A stretch of 64,000 bases of DNA from Octopus sinensis (Eukaryota). Below the pieces are notes generated by a model, which was given only the letters and a program-made list of their open reading frames with translations, did not search any database and had not been told where the DNA came from. The translations under genes and the position numbers were made by a program. Shown here piece by piece: positions 61,824 to 64,000 of the stretch (its first letter is position 1; every line of letters starts with the position of its first letter). The stretch covers positions 43,462,001 through 43,526,000 of the forward strand of contig NC_043005.1 of NCBI RefSeq assembly GCF_006345805.1, in the 5' to 3' direction.

Positions 61824-62747
61824 GCAGATGATACAAAAGTTTCACAGGCAATACAGAACCCTGAAGACACTAAGCACCTGCAATGTGAGCTGGACAAAAT
61901 ATACAAGTGGGCTGAAAAGAATAGCATGCAGTTCAATGCTGAAAAGTTTCAAGCTTTATGCTATCAGCATGCAAAACTGAATGCAATACCCAATGAATAC
62001 ACTGGACCCGGAGGGATTGCAATCCCAGAGGCACAATCAGTGTGTGACCTGGGTATTCACATGAGTGATGACGTGACCTTTCATGTACATGTTGCTAAAC
62101 TGGCAATGAAATGTAGACGGCTGGCCGGATGGATTCTTAGAACCTTTAGAACAAGAGAACAAGAAACCATGATGGTCCTCTGGAAGACACTTGTCCTAAG
62201 CCACTTTGACTATTGCTCTCAGCTATGGTCACCATCCAGTGTCAAGTTGATCACAGAACTTGAGGCGATCCAACGAAGCTACACAAAGAAGATAGCCTCT
62301 GTGCAGCATATAAGCTACTGGGAAAGACTCAAGAGATTAAAGTTCTATTCCCTGGAGCGTAGGCGAGAAAGATATGCCATAATATATATCTGGAAGATCC
62401 TGGAAGGACTTGTCCCAAACTTTGGCATCGAGAGTCACACAAATGCCAGAACCGGGCGCCACTGCGTAGTACCAAGGACTCCAAATTTGCCATCAAGATG
62501 TAGGACAAGATACGATAGGAGGTGCAGATGAGGGCAGCTGCATCAAACTCTCTCATGCACCAAATGGCAGTTGCTAAAAAGCATTCGTGAGGTAAAATCA
62601 TGTAGCAAACCAAATGGCGGTGCCCCAGCATGGCCACAGCTCATTAGCTGAAACTGGAAAAATCAAAAATCAAAATCAAAATCAAAATCATATATATATA
62701 TATATATATGTATGTATATATATATATATATGTATGTATATATATAT

Positions 62748-62793
<46 letters not shown>

Positions 62794-62945
62794 ATAATAT
62801 ATATATATATACACAGCAGGCTTCTTTCAGTTTCCATCTACTAAATCCACTCACAAGGCTTTGATTGGCCTGAGGCAACAATAGAAGACACTTGCCAAAT
62901 GTGCTATGCAGTGGGACTGAACCTGGAACCATGTGGTTGAGAAGT
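61585..62945 (-). mobile_element. SINE family A split within its (TA)n tract by the CR1-group LINE
   Basis: Tail half 61585-61800 and head half 62815-62945, both minus, either side of the LINE. Confidence 0.8.
61821..62688 (+). mobile_element. 5'-truncated CR1-group LINE with 3' UTR and (AAAATC)n tail
   Basis: 231 stop-free codons from YADDTK through DLGI, LWKTLVLSHFDYCSQLWSP, LERRRERY to RTRY; then EVQMRAAASNSLMHQ..KKHS* in another frame; (TA)n on both sides. Confidence 0.9.
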
Positions 62946-62984
62946 ATTTTTTGCTTTTATGTCAGGATCAGTATCCTATAAGTA

Positions 62985-63209
62985 CAGTAATCCCTGCCCA
63001 TATTGTGGTTTACCTGTCACAGTTTATTATTTAAGCTTATGTCGATTCCTCCACGGTGTTGCTTTGTATTTATAATAAAATTAAATATATACAAATTACA
63101 AAAATATTTAAAAAAAAATATACAGTACAGTACTGTTTCTACTTAGCAGATTTTCACATAATGTGGGGGGTTTTGGAATGTAACACCCATGGTAGTTGAG
63201 GGATTATTG
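62985..63209. mobile_element. pogo/Tigger-type MITE
   Basis: TA|CAGTAATCCCT ... AGGGATTATTG|TA. Confidence 0.7.
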
Positions 63210-63289
63210 TACCTTTAAAACACAAATAAACTGATATTTATATTAACACACATATATATGTACGCATACACACATAGATATATATTTCC

Positions 63290-63510
63290 TTACTACCCAC
63301 AAGAGGCTAAACATAGAGGGGACAAACAAGGACAGACAAAGAGATTAAGTCGATTACATCGACCCCAGTGTGTAACTGGTACTTAATTTATCCACCCCGA
63401 AAGGATGAAAGGCAAAGTCGACCTCAGTGGAATTTGAACTTGGAACGTACCGACAGACGAAATACAGCTACGTATTTCGCCCAGCGTGCTAACGATTCTG
63501 CCAGCTCGCC
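63290..63510 (-). mobile_element. SINE family B, full length
   Basis: Tail to head on minus. Confidence 0.85.
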
Positions 63511-63577
63511 AAAATACACACATAGATATAGACACACTGATGCACACATACATGCATAATATATATATGTGGGTATA

Positions 63578-63800
63578 AGGTGATGAGCTGGCTGAATTGT
63601 TAGCATGCCGGGCAAAAAGCTTAGTAGAATTTCATTCATGTTTATGCTCTGAGGTCAAATTCTGCTGAGGTTGATTTTGCTTTCCATCCTTATAGGGGTC
63701 AATAAAAATGAGAACCTATTGAGCACTGGGTGGTTAATGAAATTGACTTAGTGCCTCCCCTGAAGTAGGTGGGCTTGTGACAAAATTTGAAACCAATATA
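63578..63800 (+). mobile_element. SINE family B (diverged)
   Basis: GGTGATGAGCTGGCTGAATTGTTAGCATG head and core. Confidence 0.75.
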
Positions 63801-63809
63801 TTTGAGTGC

Positions 63810-63950
63810 TGCAAAAGAGACCGATAGAATAAGTACTAGGCTAACAAAGAATAAGTCCTGGAATTGATTTGTTCCACTAAAGGTGGTGCTCGAGCATGGC
63901 CACAGTCAAATGACTGAAACAAGTAAAAGAATAAAAGAAAAAGAAAAAAG
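63810..63950 (+). mobile_element. SINE family A, 3' half
   Basis: GAGACCGATAGAATAAGTAC..CAGTCAAATGACTGAAAC. Confidence 0.8.
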
Positions 63951-64000
63951 AATGTATGCATACATATATATATGTTTATAGTCTATACCAAGTTCTACAG

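Noticed and set aside
1-64000. CRISPR arrays, operons, rRNA genes, telomeric repeats
   Set aside because: None seen; the regularly recurring sequences are dispersed eukaryotic retroposons, not repeat-spacer arrays

Overview
AT-rich, microsatellite-dense eukaryotic DNA. The repeat families recur in the form I associate with Octopus genomes (inferred from recall, not database-checked). No host protein-coding gene could be assembled. The window reads as intronic or intergenic DNA, with a CpG-rich promoter-like segment near 3 kb. Almost all recognisable sequence is transposon-derived: several tRNA-derived SINE families, RTE, CR1-group and R4/Dong-like LINE fragments, Penelope-like elements (PLEs), Helitrons, Tc1/mariner/maT/pogo/hAT/piggyBac elements and MITEs. 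Most of the long ORFs in the supplied track are microsatellite artefacts. The main unannotated signal is a set of hammerhead-ribozyme folds from at least four unrelated repeat families. It includes one copy with an intact canonical core (46880-46968, minus strand), a palindrome carrying a hammerhead fold on each strand (24471-24705), and a family with a non-canonical CUGUCGA core. Most copies appear inactivated by CpG-type substitutions. The window also contains the probable partner LINEs of two of its commonest short repeats, one showing a covarying 3' stem-loop. SINE and fragment boundaries are approximate (tens of bp) unless termini are quoted.
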